Assembly: GCA_002010065.2 (NCBI GenBank)
Contig: MTMD02000008.1
Span: forward strand, 32,001-96,000
Direction of reading: 5' to 3'
DNA length: 64,000 bases
From: Candidatus Pyrohabitans jungbluthii
GTDB taxonomy: Archaea; Hydrothermarchaeota; Hydrothermarchaeia; Hydrothermarchaeales; BMS3B
Part shown: piece after piece, positions 20,401 through 29,203 of the stretch
Layout of the letters: each line of letters starts with the position of its first letter
How positions within the stretch are numbered: position 1 is the first letter of the stretch
Notes under the pieces: model-generated
Database searches by the model: none
What the model was told of the DNA's origin: nothing
Seen by the model: the letters and a program-made list of their open reading frames with translations, nothing else
Made by a program: the position numbers and the translations under genes

Positions 20401-21557
20401 CAGAAGACAAAGCGGGTAACAACCAGACAACGCTTCAGTATGTGCCCGTCACTGTGGACGCAACACCACCCTCAATAACCCTCCTCCCTCCAACCCCTGG
20501 TGATGGTGACACGCTGAGCGCCGGCACAACCAGCGTCACCATAAACATCTCCATCAACGAAGCGCATCCTGCAACGTTAATATTAAGCTGGAATAACGTT
20601 AATCAGAGCTTCAACTACTCTTCCGGCTATGTGAGCATAACTAAAAGCGTTTCCAGCGGAAACAGCTACACCTTCTATGTCTGGGCAAACGACACCTTTG
20701 GCAATGCCAACGCCACGCCAAAGATAACCTTCTCCGTTGCCTCAAGCGGTGATAGCGGCGGCGGAGGTGGCGGGGGCAGAGGCGCAAGAGCGTGCAATGT
20801 TGCTGAGATTGAAAAGGTGTTCAAAGGTGAGAGTGCAACTGCAACCTTCGATGAGGAGTGTGTACCTGACATAAAGAACATAACCATCTTTGCTTCGCAG
20901 ACTCACTACTATACCACCATATACGTGGAGAGCTACAAGACAAAACCCGCGTGGGTGGTCTTTCCCGAGCCGTCGCAGGCGGTGTACAGGTACTTCAAGA
21001 TAAGGTATGAAAAGCCCAACACCTACATCACAAAGGCTGAGATAGTGTTTAAGGTGGGCAAAGCCTGGCTCATGGAGAAGGACATAAATCCCAATACCGT
21101 AGCGATGCTCAGATATGATAAGCGCTGGGAGGAGCTTGAGACGCAGCTTGTTGGCGAGGAGGAGGGTTACCTCCTGTACAGAGCCATTACACCTGGGTTT
21201 TCCTACTTCGCCGTGGTTGGAGAGGAAGGCTCGGGATTCAGCATCGAAGAAGAGGAGAAAGGGCAGAAGGAAGAGGAAGTTAAAGATGTTGAGGAGTTTG
21301 AGGAGTTAGCGCAGATTATGAGCCTCCTAGCAAAGAATGAGACGGTGGAAAAAACTGTAGAGAAAGGCAAATCGGAGGAGGCGCCTGAGAAAACGGAAGC
21401 AAATGTTACCGAAGAGGCAAAGCGGGTGGAAGAGAATGTTTCTGAGGCTGAGGAGACGGCAGAGGAAGAAAAAGGCATCTGCGGTCCCACGTCAGCGCTC
21501 CTTATAGCCCTGCTCTCCGCATTGGCAATAAAAGGGCTTACTCGCCCCTACCGTTGA
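17427..21557 (+). CDS. Cell-surface subtilisin-like S8 protease with Ig-like repeats, PGF-pre-PGF domain and CGP-CTERM anchor
   Basis: Triad IDTG / HGTHVAG / GTSMATPHV, I9-like propeptide, repeated D.TPP modules, TPGFSYFAV and C-terminal GICGP + TM. Confidence 0.92.
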   Translation: MTMGKRISKVNLAYITTFILFCAFFTGLPYSNAQPLPSEHKITKNLAEKVNSVPPQEKVRVIIILKKPAGQFQAQAARSLAKKDILEKGGEVIRDFSIFEGMAAEIPASRVEALANNPNVELIVEDRQVKAFLTESVPLINADDVWNKILSGTNITGRGQTVCVIDTGVDYTHPDLGGGMGIGFKVLGGYDFVNNDNDPIDDNGHGTHVAGTIAANGNLKGVAPDANIIAIKVLNASGFGSTIDVLAGIDWCVSNASIYNITVISMSLGGDLYTSYCDDELLEIPFRDAINAAVARNITVVIATGNDANYTAISSPACIKNATRVGATYDSNIGSLITWGDPPICTDTTTSTDKITCFTNRGANFPDILLAPGALTNSTYLSNGYEELGGTSMATPHVSGLIALLNQEYRAIYGTNPTPDYLFHVLNSTGVPIYDNATGMTYYRVDALTAYNAIDQVPPAITFVFPTPENATLWGKTWIYINVTFSENVDTAILDWNGTNYTMQMLGSTVAYYNVTNLSEGDYIYMVYANDTSGNMNVSETRVITVDLTPPTITFVAPTPANTTSVNVSYVFVNITASEILNRSILEWNGTNETMQGSGLNWYLNKTYLLNGNYTFRVHTQDLAGNWNSSEIRVVGVDAPLLISIESPLNRSYPSQNVHFNITANKPLGSALVSIDGGGNHTLTNDSIIHWYNTSIFIAEGPHNATFYVQDLTGDVNSSTVYFTVDVTPPNVSFIDPTPPPYYNSSTHNITINVSHAELYPDTLILSWNGTNISQAYSGSYTNITFDNLTDGRYFYYVWVNDTAGNWNSTEVRVVTIDTSPPEIINITPAIGSGVKGVVTISVVARDAGVGVASVVAEVSNATYSEVLTLINNGSDVWYNDTWNTSALAEGEYNITINATDLLGQSNASEYVTVIVDRTPPASLVLSPIPNKNISTTVYTINGTAIDNESGVARVWVSVDGGSTWALANGTLNWSYEWNILSDGGYNITSKAEDKAGNNQTTLQYVPVTVDATPPSITLLPPTPGDGDTLSAGTTSVTINISINEAHPATLILSWNNVNQSFNYSSGYVSITKSVSSGNSYTFYVWANDTFGNANATPKITFSVASSGDSGGGGGGGRGARACNVAEIEKVFKGESATATFDEECVPDIKNITIFASQTHYYTTIYVESYKTKPAWVVFPEPSQAVYRYFKIRYEKPNTYITKAEIVFKVGKAWLMEKDINPNTVAMLRYDKRWEELETQLVGEEEGYLLYRAITPGFSYFAVVGEEGSGFSIEEEEKGQKEEEVKDVEEFEELAQIMSLLAKNETVEKTVEKGKSEEAPEKTEANVTEEAKRVEENVSEAEETAEEEKGICGPTSALLIALLSALAIKGLTRPYR

Positions 21558-22689
21558 GAACTGAGCGTATCTTGTCGGTGCTGGAGCTTCTCAGTCTTTT
21601 CAGTATTACCCTTACGCCTCCATCCCTGTGCTGCATCTCCTCCACAATCACGCTCACACCCTGCCTTCGCAGGTAGGCGAGGAACTCCTCCAGCTCAGCT
21701 TCACTTGCAAAGTCAAGCTCATAGTCTTCGGTCAGAATCTCTCCCTGTCTAACTTTTTTGATGCTTTCCACCATTGGTAAGAGGATACTCTTCCCCAGCC
21801 TGAGTGCACGCTTCTCAAGCTCAGCCTCGCTTTCGTCCCACTCCACCGCCTGAAAACCCTCACGGATAATTCGCGAGAAGAAAAACTCCCTGCCGTACTC
21901 ATAGGGGAAGCGGAAGGCATAGGCGAGGTCACTGGCATTCGTCTGCGAAGAGGTGTACTTTATTGGCGGGAGCTTCATCTCAGGATCTTTAATAACCACG
22001 CCCTCTCTGCCCTCGGCGGCGAGTTCTTGCACAATCCTGAAGATCTCCCTTGTTGCATCGCCCTTATCAAAGATTCCGAAAAGCCTCACGTGTCTTAGCT
22101 CGTACTCCTCAACCAGGGCGTTCCTCTCCAGCACCGGCATGCTCTCATTGCTCTCCCTCTCGCGGAGGTCGAAGATAAAAAAGCCGAAGTCCCCTGCCTC
22201 AGGGTAGTGGTGCACCACATATGGGTTCTTCTCCCCCACAGCCTCACCGCACAGCATAAGCGAAGGATGCTCTTTAAGGAAGCGCTCAGTATTCCTGCTC
22301 TCCCTGAGCTTAGCCGTGGTATAGGGGCACACATAGCCGCCACGCGTTAGGGCAAGGAGCCTGCCCTCCACGAGGGCAACGCGCACATTGTAGCCGTTCA
22401 TTTTCTCCTCCACCGCAACGCGAGAGGAGAAGTGCTTCTTCAGCAGGGGCTCGAGGTAGAAGGCACGCTTAATCTTGGGAAACCCGCGGACAACGCTTAG
22501 CTCCTCGCCTAAGAATACGGCGGTGCCCCGCTCTATTCCAGAGACATCCTTCTTAAAAACAAGATAGCTGGGCTGGAAGTTTTTAACCAGCTGGATTGAC
22601 TGCCTCTCCAGCGCACCCTTCAGACGCCACTCCGCAACGCCCAGCTTCTCGGCTACTTCTGCAAGCCTCATTATGCCTACTTCACGCAA
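21538..22689 (-). CDS. ATP-dependent RNA ligase, Pab1020/Rnl3 family
   Basis: RGFPKIKR, motif I EKMNGYN, TRGG..CP, GREGVVIK and KYT motifs. Confidence 0.9.
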   Translation of the reverse strand: MREVGIMRLAEVAEKLGVAEWRLKGALERQSIQLVKNFQPSYLVFKKDVSGIERGTAVFLGEELSVVRGFPKIKRAFYLEPLLKKHFSSRVAVEEKMNGYNVRVALVEGRLLALTRGGYVCPYTTAKLRESRNTERFLKEHPSLMLCGEAVGEKNPYVVHHYPEAGDFGFFIFDLRERESNESMPVLERNALVEEYELRHVRLFGIFDKGDATREIFRIVQELAAEGREGVVIKDPEMKLPPIKYTSSQTNASDLAYAFRFPYEYGREFFFSRIIREGFQAVEWDESEAELEKRALRLGKSILLPMVESIKKVRQGEILTEDYELDFASEAELEEFLAYLRRQGVSVIVEEMQHRDGGVRVILKRLRSSSTDKIRSVLNGRGE

Positions 22690-23470
22690 GAAGCTTCACC
22701 AAGTCGGTTTTTGTAACTATGCCCGCCAGGTTGTCGCTAGCATCAACTATGGGTATACCAGAAAAGCCTCGTTCCAGCATCAAGCGAGCGGCTTCGCCAA
22801 CGGTCGAATCGTTGCTCAGCGTCACCACCGTCTGAGTCATGACATCCTCAACAATAAGGTTGCGCACCCTATTAGCCTGCTTGTTATCAGCGGCGCTCTT
22901 GAATGCTCCCAGGGCTCTGCCAAGCTGCCTTTCGGTGAGAATACCCACGATTCTCCCCTCTTCCACCACCACTAAGCGAGAGATGCCGTTGTCCAGCATT
23001 AATCTGCGAGCGTGTATCGCCCTATCCTCTGGGGAGACGGTGATCACCTGCTTGGTCATTACCTTCTCAACTCCCTCCTCGCTATCCTGCAGAGGCTTGA
23101 GCAGGTCGGTCGTCGTTACAATGCCCACAAGCTTGTCGTCATTAACCACGGGCAGGCTCTTTATCTTATGCTCAAGCATTAAGCGAGCAGCCTCACTCAC
23201 ATCGGCGTCTTTTCCAATGGTTATCACTCCTTTACTCATGGCCGTTGAGACGTGCAGGCTGCTGGGCAACTTGTTAGCATACCTGGAAGAGCCCATAACC
23301 TCGAGTATATCGTTGTCGGTAATCATCCCCACTATCTCGCCCTCATTTACAACCACAAGTCTCGAAATCCTGTGCTTCTCCATTAGCTCAAGCGCATCTG
23401 AGAGCTTCCTGTCCTTATCTATCGTCACAACCTCCTGCGTCATAAGCTCCTCTATTTTCATCCTCTTCAC
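22682..23470 (-). CDS. CBS-domain protein (four CBS)
   Basis: Four repeated M...ISRL.V / LVGIVT..D modules. Confidence 0.9.
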   Translation of the reverse strand: MKRMKIEELMTQEVVTIDKDRKLSDALELMEKHRISRLVVVNEGEIVGMITDNDILEVMGSSRYANKLPSSLHVSTAMSKGVITIGKDADVSEAARLMLEHKIKSLPVVNDDKLVGIVTTTDLLKPLQDSEEGVEKVMTKQVITVSPEDRAIHARRLMLDNGISRLVVVEEGRIVGILTERQLGRALGAFKSAADNKQANRVRNLIVEDVMTQTVVTLSNDSTVGEAARLMLERGFSGIPIVDASDNLAGIVTKTDLVKLLA

Positions 23471-24321
23471 CTCTCAACCATTGCCTTTAGGATATCACGC
23501 TTGGTTACAATCCCCTGAAGCTCAAAGGCATCGTTAACCACGGGCAGAGAGGAGATGTGGTGATCTAGCATTCGCTGCGCAGCCTTGGCAGAGTCTTCAT
23601 TCTCGTTAGCGGTGATAAGCTCACTGCTCATCACATCACCCGCGGTTACGAAGGGCAGTGTTTTGATGTACCGATACTTCGGGCGACCCCCCTGCTCTGG
23701 CTTCCTCACATATAGTACTCGCTTAGCTTTTATGCCAAGCACTGGATCTTCCAGCTCAAGTAAGCTGAGGTCAGTGGCGGTGACTATACCCACCGGCTCA
23801 GCGCCGTCGGTTATCACCACTCGGCTTATGCCGTTCTCAACCATCAGCTCCACTATGTGCGCAAGCGTGTGGTTCCTGTTTGCTGTTATTACATCTCGCG
23901 TCATTAGCTCGGAGGTTTTGTACATGCCCTCCATATTCTCCACATAGGCGCGGAGAATATCAGTTGTGGTTATTATGCCCACGAGCGAGTCATTCTCAAC
24001 CACGGGTATTGAGGAAATCCCCTTCTCAATCATAAGTTTCGCAGCTTCTTTTACTTCAGCATCAGGCGGGAGGGTTATAAGCCCCTTGGTCATTACGCGG
24101 GAACAGGCTACCTTATCTATCGGTCTGCGCCTCCACGGAGCGCGACCCTCGCCGAGACGGCGTGCCATGTCTTTCTGTGTTACTATTCCTACAGGTTTTC
24201 CCTGCTCCAGGATAACAACACGGGATATGTCGTTTTTAATCATTAAATTTCGAATGCGCTCAAGCGTGGCGTCGCTCTCTGCAGCTATAACAGGGCTCTG
24301 CATGTACTTCTCCAGCTTCAA
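23467..24321 (-). CDS. CBS-domain protein (four CBS)
   Basis: Four CBS repeats (ISRVV, ISSIPV, GIVT..D). Confidence 0.9.
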   Translation of the reverse strand: MKLEKYMQSPVIAAESDATLERIRNLMIKNDISRVVILEQGKPVGIVTQKDMARRLGEGRAPWRRRPIDKVACSRVMTKGLITLPPDAEVKEAAKLMIEKGISSIPVVENDSLVGIITTTDILRAYVENMEGMYKTSELMTRDVITANRNHTLAHIVELMVENGISRVVITDGAEPVGIVTATDLSLLELEDPVLGIKAKRVLYVRKPEQGGRPKYRYIKTLPFVTAGDVMSSELITANENEDSAKAAQRMLDHHISSLPVVNDAFELQGIVTKRDILKAMVER

Positions 24322-24334
24322 TTAAGCTCCCTCC

Positions 24335-25270
24335 TTAACTTACCAGTGCCCGCACCAGGTCGCGCTCTGTAATTATACCCAAAAGCCGACTATCTTCAAC
24401 CACGCACACGGTGCCAACGCCGGTATCTTCAATAATCTTGGCAACCTCGCCCAGGTCGGTGCCTTCTTTTACTGTGGGTACGTCTTTGCTCATTATTTCA
24501 GAAACACGGGTCTTGAGCACCTCATCCAGGCGATTCTTCACAATCTTTTCAAAAATGTGGTTTCTGCCTATGAACTCTATTATCATTCGCGTGGTGAGAA
24601 GTCCCTCAAGGAAGCCCTGACTCGTTACCGGAAGGCGTCTGAAGCTGTTCCTCACCATTATCTTTGTAGCATCTCCCAGAGTGGTGCCAGGCGTTGTTGT
24701 TATCACATTGCGACTCATGTACTCTTCCACGCGCTTGCCTGTCTTCTTGTCTGCGATAAGATAAACGAAATCGCGCTCTGTGACTATTCCTGCGACGCGG
24801 TTTTCATCATCCACCACCACAACGCCGCCTATCCTGGACTTGAGGATCTCCTCCAGGGCGTCGTCGATGCTTGCGCTTGTGGGAAGCGTCACCACATCGT
24901 TTACCATAATTTCATGGATTGATTCATTTATGGCGGCGAGGAAATTCCCCCCATACTTCTCGCTTATCAAGCGGGTCTTTTCATTCCCGCCCAGCAGGTC
25001 AATTATGTCGCTTGAGCCAATAATTCCCAAAAGCTTCTTGGTTCCGGGGTCAGCGACAGGCAACCTGCGAAAGCGGTACTTGGTCATGGTTTCGGCAGCG
25101 CCCTTTATGGTCATGGTAGGCGGGACAGTGACAACATCTTTGGTGGCGATGCTCATTATGCTACCAGATTTCTTGGAGATGTGGCTTTTGAAGTCCAGCG
25201 AACCCCTGTCGCGTGCCTGACTTATGGTGTACTTTTCCTTTCTCTTCATGTCCACATGCTCTTCCTGCAT
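24335..25270 (-). CDS. CBS-domain protein (four CBS, MJ1225-like)
   Basis: FRRLPV twice and GIVTERD; AGGAGGT RBS supports ATG at 25270. Confidence 0.88.
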   Translation of the reverse strand: MQEEHVDMKRKEKYTISQARDRGSLDFKSHISKKSGSIMSIATKDVVTVPPTMTIKGAAETMTKYRFRRLPVADPGTKKLLGIIGSSDIIDLLGGNEKTRLISEKYGGNFLAAINESIHEIMVNDVVTLPTSASIDDALEEILKSRIGGVVVVDDENRVAGIVTERDFVYLIADKKTGKRVEEYMSRNVITTTPGTTLGDATKIMVRNSFRRLPVTSQGFLEGLLTTRMIIEFIGRNHIFEKIVKNRLDEVLKTRVSEIMSKDVPTVKEGTDLGEVAKIIEDTGVGTVCVVEDSRLLGIITERDLVRALVS

Positions 25271-25537
25271 TTCATACCTCCTGGTGATGATCATGTAAGT
25301 GTTAAAAAAGTGGTTTCCAACCTCCCATGGCAAGTAACTTCACATAGGTATATCTAAAGACCCCAGCCATTGTTTTATATTTTTTGTTACATGGTTAATA
25401 AACCTTTGGAGCATCTTGCATAGATAACAGGCTATACCCCTGTAAGATATGAAAATGTCCTTATTGTTAAGATGAAGTTATTCAGACATAAACGATTTTA
25501 AAAAGCCTGCGTAGGTTATGCTTCCCCTTTTTATATA

Positions 25538-25792
25538 CCGCCGATCCGAAGACCGGTTTGAGCTAGCATAAGCCTGCGGTGAGAGCCGGGGCAAGTCGGC
25601 GGGAACACAGCGCGTATGGGCCCCTCCCCGAGAGTGCCTCGAGATGCAGGCGATGAGGGCGAGGACAACCACGCGCTGGAAAAGGGCTCGTCAGAAAATC
25701 CCTTTCTCTGTAGAGGGTCCCCGGGTGAGCTCAGGCGCTAGCCAGCGATGAGCTCCGGGAGTTAGAGAGCAGGGGACATGACGGGCCTGAAA
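25538..25792 (+). ncRNA. Three-hairpin H/ACA-type pseudouridylation guide RNA (HgcG/Afu-4-like architecture)
   Basis: Three basal stems: CCGCCGA/TCGGCGG + ACA, CAGCGCGT/ACGCGCTG + AAA, GGCTCGTCA/TGACGGGCC + AAA. Each has an internal pocket, an upper stem and an apical C-box-like (G)CGRTGA K-turn motif. Confidence 0.7.
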
Positions 25793-25861
25793 GAGCAATA
25801 CGCTGATTCTGTGGTCTTACGGTTTGGGGGTGAAATCTGGGAAAATTTTATATAGCCCTTT

Positions 25862-25889
25862 TTAGGCCTACCTAATTAGGTAAACCTAA
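25862..25889. promoter_or_regulatory. Tandem DtxR/IdeR-like iron boxes
   Basis: TTAGG-CCTA-CCTAA directly followed by TTAGG-TAAA-CCTAA, between the TATA (TTTTATATA ~25846) and the FTR1 ATG. Confidence 0.7.
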
Positions 25890-25902
25890 GAGAGTGAAAT
25901 AG

Positions 25903-26763
25903 ATGATTGCGAGCTTTGTAATAACCTTCAGAGAAGCGCTTGAGGCCGCGCTGATAATTGGGATAGTTGCCGCCTATCTCAGAAAGGTAGGAAGAAAAGA
26001 TATGGAAAGGTATCTCTTCATAGGCGTGGCCGGAGCAATTCTGGCGAGCGTCCTAGCGGGAGCTCTTTTCCTTCTGATTTACGGTGGCCTGGAAGGCAGG
26101 GCAGAGGAGATCTTCGAGGGCGTAGCCAGCCTGAGCGCAGCGGCTGTGCTCACCTACATGATATTCTTCTTTGCGAAGCATGCTAAAGGGATAAAGGGTG
26201 AGCTTCAAAACAAGGTCGACGCCTCGCTGGGCAGAGGTTCTGCATGGGGAATAGCTGCGCTGGCATTCCTGGCGGTGTTCAGAGAGGGCGTTGAGACGGT
26301 GCTCTTCCTGGGAGCAATCGCTGTAAAGGAGCCCTTAAGCACACTGGTTGGCTTAATAGCAGGTATCGTCGCAGTGACTGCACTCAGCATTGCAATGTTC
26401 GCTGGAATATACCGCCTCGACTATGCAAAGTTCTTCAAATATACGAGTGTCATCCTTGTGATCTTCGCCGCTGGCCTTGTTGCCTATAGTGTACATGAGC
26501 TGAATGAAGCAGGTATAATCCCGCCAGTAATTGAGCACGTATGGGACATCAACCCGCCGCCTAACGAGGACGGCACCTATCCAGCGCTGCACGAGAAGGG
26601 GATCATCGGCAGCATGCTCAAGTCGCTTATCGGCTACAACGGCAACCCCTCGCTCACAGAGGTGCTTGCATACCTCGGTTACTGGCTTACTGTGGGCTAC
26701 TTCCTGACAAGAAACTTCAGAGACACAAAGCAGGCGGCAGGCGCAAAAGCAGAGACACTTTAG
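25903..26763 (+). CDS. FTR1-family high-affinity iron permease
   Basis: Two RExxE motifs (FREALEA, FREGVET) and seven TM segments. Confidence 0.92.
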   Translation: MIASFVITFREALEAALIIGIVAAYLRKVGRKDMERYLFIGVAGAILASVLAGALFLLIYGGLEGRAEEIFEGVASLSAAAVLTYMIFFFAKHAKGIKGELQNKVDASLGRGSAWGIAALAFLAVFREGVETVLFLGAIAVKEPLSTLVGLIAGIVAVTALSIAMFAGIYRLDYAKFFKYTSVILVIFAAGLVAYSVHELNEAGIIPPVIEHVWDINPPPNEDGTYPALHEKGIIGSMLKSLIGYNGNPSLTEVLAYLGYWLTVGYFLTRNFRDTKQAAGAKAETL

Positions 26764-26900
26764 TGAGAGTTCACCTCTTTTCATTTCCTTTTTTAGCACC
26801 AATTCTCAATATTTGAGACTTTGTATGAGAAAAAAATGTTATATATGCACCACCCAGATTTCTTAAATAGGCCCCATAATTCCCCGAGAGGTAGATAAAG

Positions 26901-28337
26901 ATGAATATAAAGAGGTTGTTTTCTTTTCTGGCCATACCAGGTCTTAAAACCCTACCAAAAAAAGCGGGAAGGGAGGAGATTGTTGAAGTTAAGGCTGAAA
27001 CCGATGAGGACGTCATGAAGACAACTGCAAGCGTATTAGAAAACATGGGCGAAGCTTTTTACATCACAGATACCAGCCTCAGGATTATACATTTCAATCA
27101 AAAGATTGCAGAACTCCTTGGATATAAGCCCGAGGAGGTAATAGGCAAGTACTGCTATGACATCACCACCTACGTTGGCATTACCCCGGCATGCCACACA
27201 CCCAACTGCTCTTCCGTGGCGGTGTGCGAGGGTAGGGCTGAGATTATCAGAAGGGATGTGAGCCTTCAAACGAGAGACGGTAAGCGGATACCGGTGGAGA
27301 TAAGCACCTCACCAATAATCAATAGCAAGGGTGAGCGCATAGGTGCAGTGAAGCTGGTGAGAGACAAGCGTGATTTAAATGCAGTTATTGATAGCATTGG
27401 CGAAGCTGTAATGGTGATGGATGAAGAGCTGAAGATAACCTACTTTAATCCGGCTGCGGCAAAGCTGGCGAACGTGGATGTGGATGAGGCAATAGGGAAG
27501 TACTGCTACGAAATTCTTCCAGAAGAAGCCTGCCACACGGATGAGTGTCCTGCAAACAGGGTTCTTAAAGAGGGCAAGATAACAATCCAGACAATTAAAA
27601 GATCAAGTGCGGGAGATATACCTGCGGAGATAACCGCCTCGCCCATTAAGAATTCTAAGGGCGAATTTCTTGGAACGGTGGAGATAATAAAGGACCTCAG
27701 AGAGATGAAGGCAATAAAGGAGCTTGTGGAAAAGCTTCAGGAAGCAAGCTCCCACGTATCGGCAGTCTCAGAAGAGCTTGCAGCAAGCAGCGAAGAGATG
27801 ACTGCGAGCTTTGAGCATCTTTCCGAGACCATCGCAACCATAACTAGGGAGACCTTTGAGAACTCCAAGAAGGCAACCTCTGCCTCTGAGGCGATAAAGG
27901 AACTCGCCAGGATAAGCAAGGAGAACTCCGCAAGGGTGGCAGAGGTTGTAAAGGTTATAACAAAAATCGCCGACCAGACGAATCTGCTTGCACTAAACGC
28001 TGCGATAGAAGCGGCGCGCGCAGGTGAGCATGGGCGTGGCTTTGCTGTAGTTGCTGAGGAAGTAAGGAAGCTTGCAGAAAGCTCAGCGAAGGCAGCTGAG
28101 CAGATAGCGGAGATGGTAAGAGAGATGCAGATAGAGACTGAGAAGCGCACTCAGGAGCAGGTGGAGGCTATACTTGAGATCGCCCAGCGCTATGAGAAGA
28201 GCGCCAAGGATATCAACGAGGCCAACATCGCCACAGAGGAGCAGACCGCCAATATGCAGAGTCTCTCAGCTTCGGCGCAAGAACTGGCGAAGCTTGCCAC
28301 CGACCTCCAGGAGCTTGTTGACAAGTTCAACCTGTAG
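26901..28337 (+). CDS. Cytoplasmic PAS-PAS methyl-accepting chemotaxis protein
   Basis: Two PAS/PAC domains, hairpin tip [38 protein letters not shown], and no TM segments. Confidence 0.92.
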   Translation: MNIKRLFSFLAIPGLKTLPKKAGREEIVEVKAETDEDVMKTTASVLENMGEAFYITDTSLRIIHFNQKIAELLGYKPEEVIGKYCYDITTYVGITPACHTPNCSSVAVCEGRAEIIRRDVSLQTRDGKRIPVEISTSPIINSKGERIGAVKLVRDKRDLNAVIDSIGEAVMVMDEELKITYFNPAAAKLANVDVDEAIGKYCYEILPEEACHTDECPANRVLKEGKITIQTIKRSSAGDIPAEITASPIKNSKGEFLGTVEIIKDLREMKAIKELVEKLQEASSHVSAVSEELAASSEEMTASFEHLSETIATITRETFENSKKATSASEAIKELARISKENSARVAEVVKVITKIADQTNLLALNAAIEAARAGEHGRGFAVVAEEVRKLAESSAKAAEQIAEMVREMQIETEKRTQEQVEAILEIAQRYEKSAKDINEANIATEEQTANMQSLSASAQELAKLATDLQELVDKFNL

Positions 28338-28346
28338 GGGATAGAA

Positions 28347-28826
28347 ATGAACGAGGCTGAGGAGCTAAAGCTGGTGGTTTTCAAGCTGGGCGATGAGGAG
28401 TACGCTGCAGAGGTTTCACAGGTGAGGGAGATAATAAAGCTTGAACGCATCACAAAGCTACCCCGTGCGCCTGAGTTTGTTGAGGGGATTATAAATCTCA
28501 GAGGACAGCTCACCACAGTACTAAACCTGAGAAAGCTGTTTAACTTGCCGGAGAGCGACGCTCCCAATGCTAGGATAGTGGTGCTCGACCAGGAGGAACC
28601 TACTGGTATAATAGTGGATGCAGTAACAGAGGTACTCAGCCTGACAAAGGATGAGATAGATAAGCCAACAAGAGTTTTCGGGATAGATGCTAGGTTCATA
28701 AAGGGCGTAGGAAAGAAGGACGACAGACTTATAATCATACTCGACCTGGATAAGATTCTAAGCCCAGAAGAGATAGAGCGCGTTCAAGAGGTAAGGGATG
28801 TGCTCCTGCAGGAGGTGAAGGAGTGA
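28347..28826 (+). CDS. cheW: Chemotaxis coupling protein CheW
   Basis: P.FVEGIINLRGQ and GIIVDAV.EV motifs. Confidence 0.95.
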   Translation: MNEAEELKLVVFKLGDEEYAAEVSQVREIIKLERITKLPRAPEFVEGIINLRGQLTTVLNLRKLFNLPESDAPNARIVVLDQEEPTGIIVDAVTEVLSLTKDEIDKPTRVFGIDARFIKGVGKKDDRLIIILDLDKILSPEEIERVQEVRDVLLQEVKE

Positions 28827-29194
28827 GTCTCAGGGTTTTAATAGCAGACGACGCAGCCTTCATGCGGAATATGCTGAAGAAAATACTGACGCAGGCTGGT
28901 TACGAAGTCGTAGGCGAAGCGAGCACCGGCGTGGAGGCTGTGGAGAAGTACAAGGAGGTAAGGCCAGACATCATGACGATGGACATAGTGATGCCAGAGA
29001 AGGACGGCATAGAGGCGGTGAGGGAGATAATCGAGTATGATCCGAATGCAAAGATAATCATGTGCAGTGCACTTGGGCAGCAGTCCATGATTATTGAAGC
29101 AATTCAGGCAGGTGCCAAGGACTACATTATCAAACCTTTCCAGCCTGCGAAGGTAATTGAAACTATTAAGAAAGTGGTTCACAGAACAAGCTAG
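28823..29194 (+). CDS. cheY: Chemotaxis response regulator CheY
   Basis: ADDAAFMR, MDIVMP, CSA and KPF motifs. Confidence 0.95.
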   Translation: MSLRVLIADDAAFMRNMLKKILTQAGYEVVGEASTGVEAVEKYKEVRPDIMTMDIVMPEKDGIEAVREIIEYDPNAKIIMCSALGQQSMIIEAIQAGAKDYIIKPFQPAKVIETIKKVVHRTS

Positions 29195-29203
29195 GATTTA
29201 AAA

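Noticed and set aside
25478-25672. 64-aa minus-strand ORF
   Set aside because: It is antisense to the H/ACA-like RNA and has no protein-like features.
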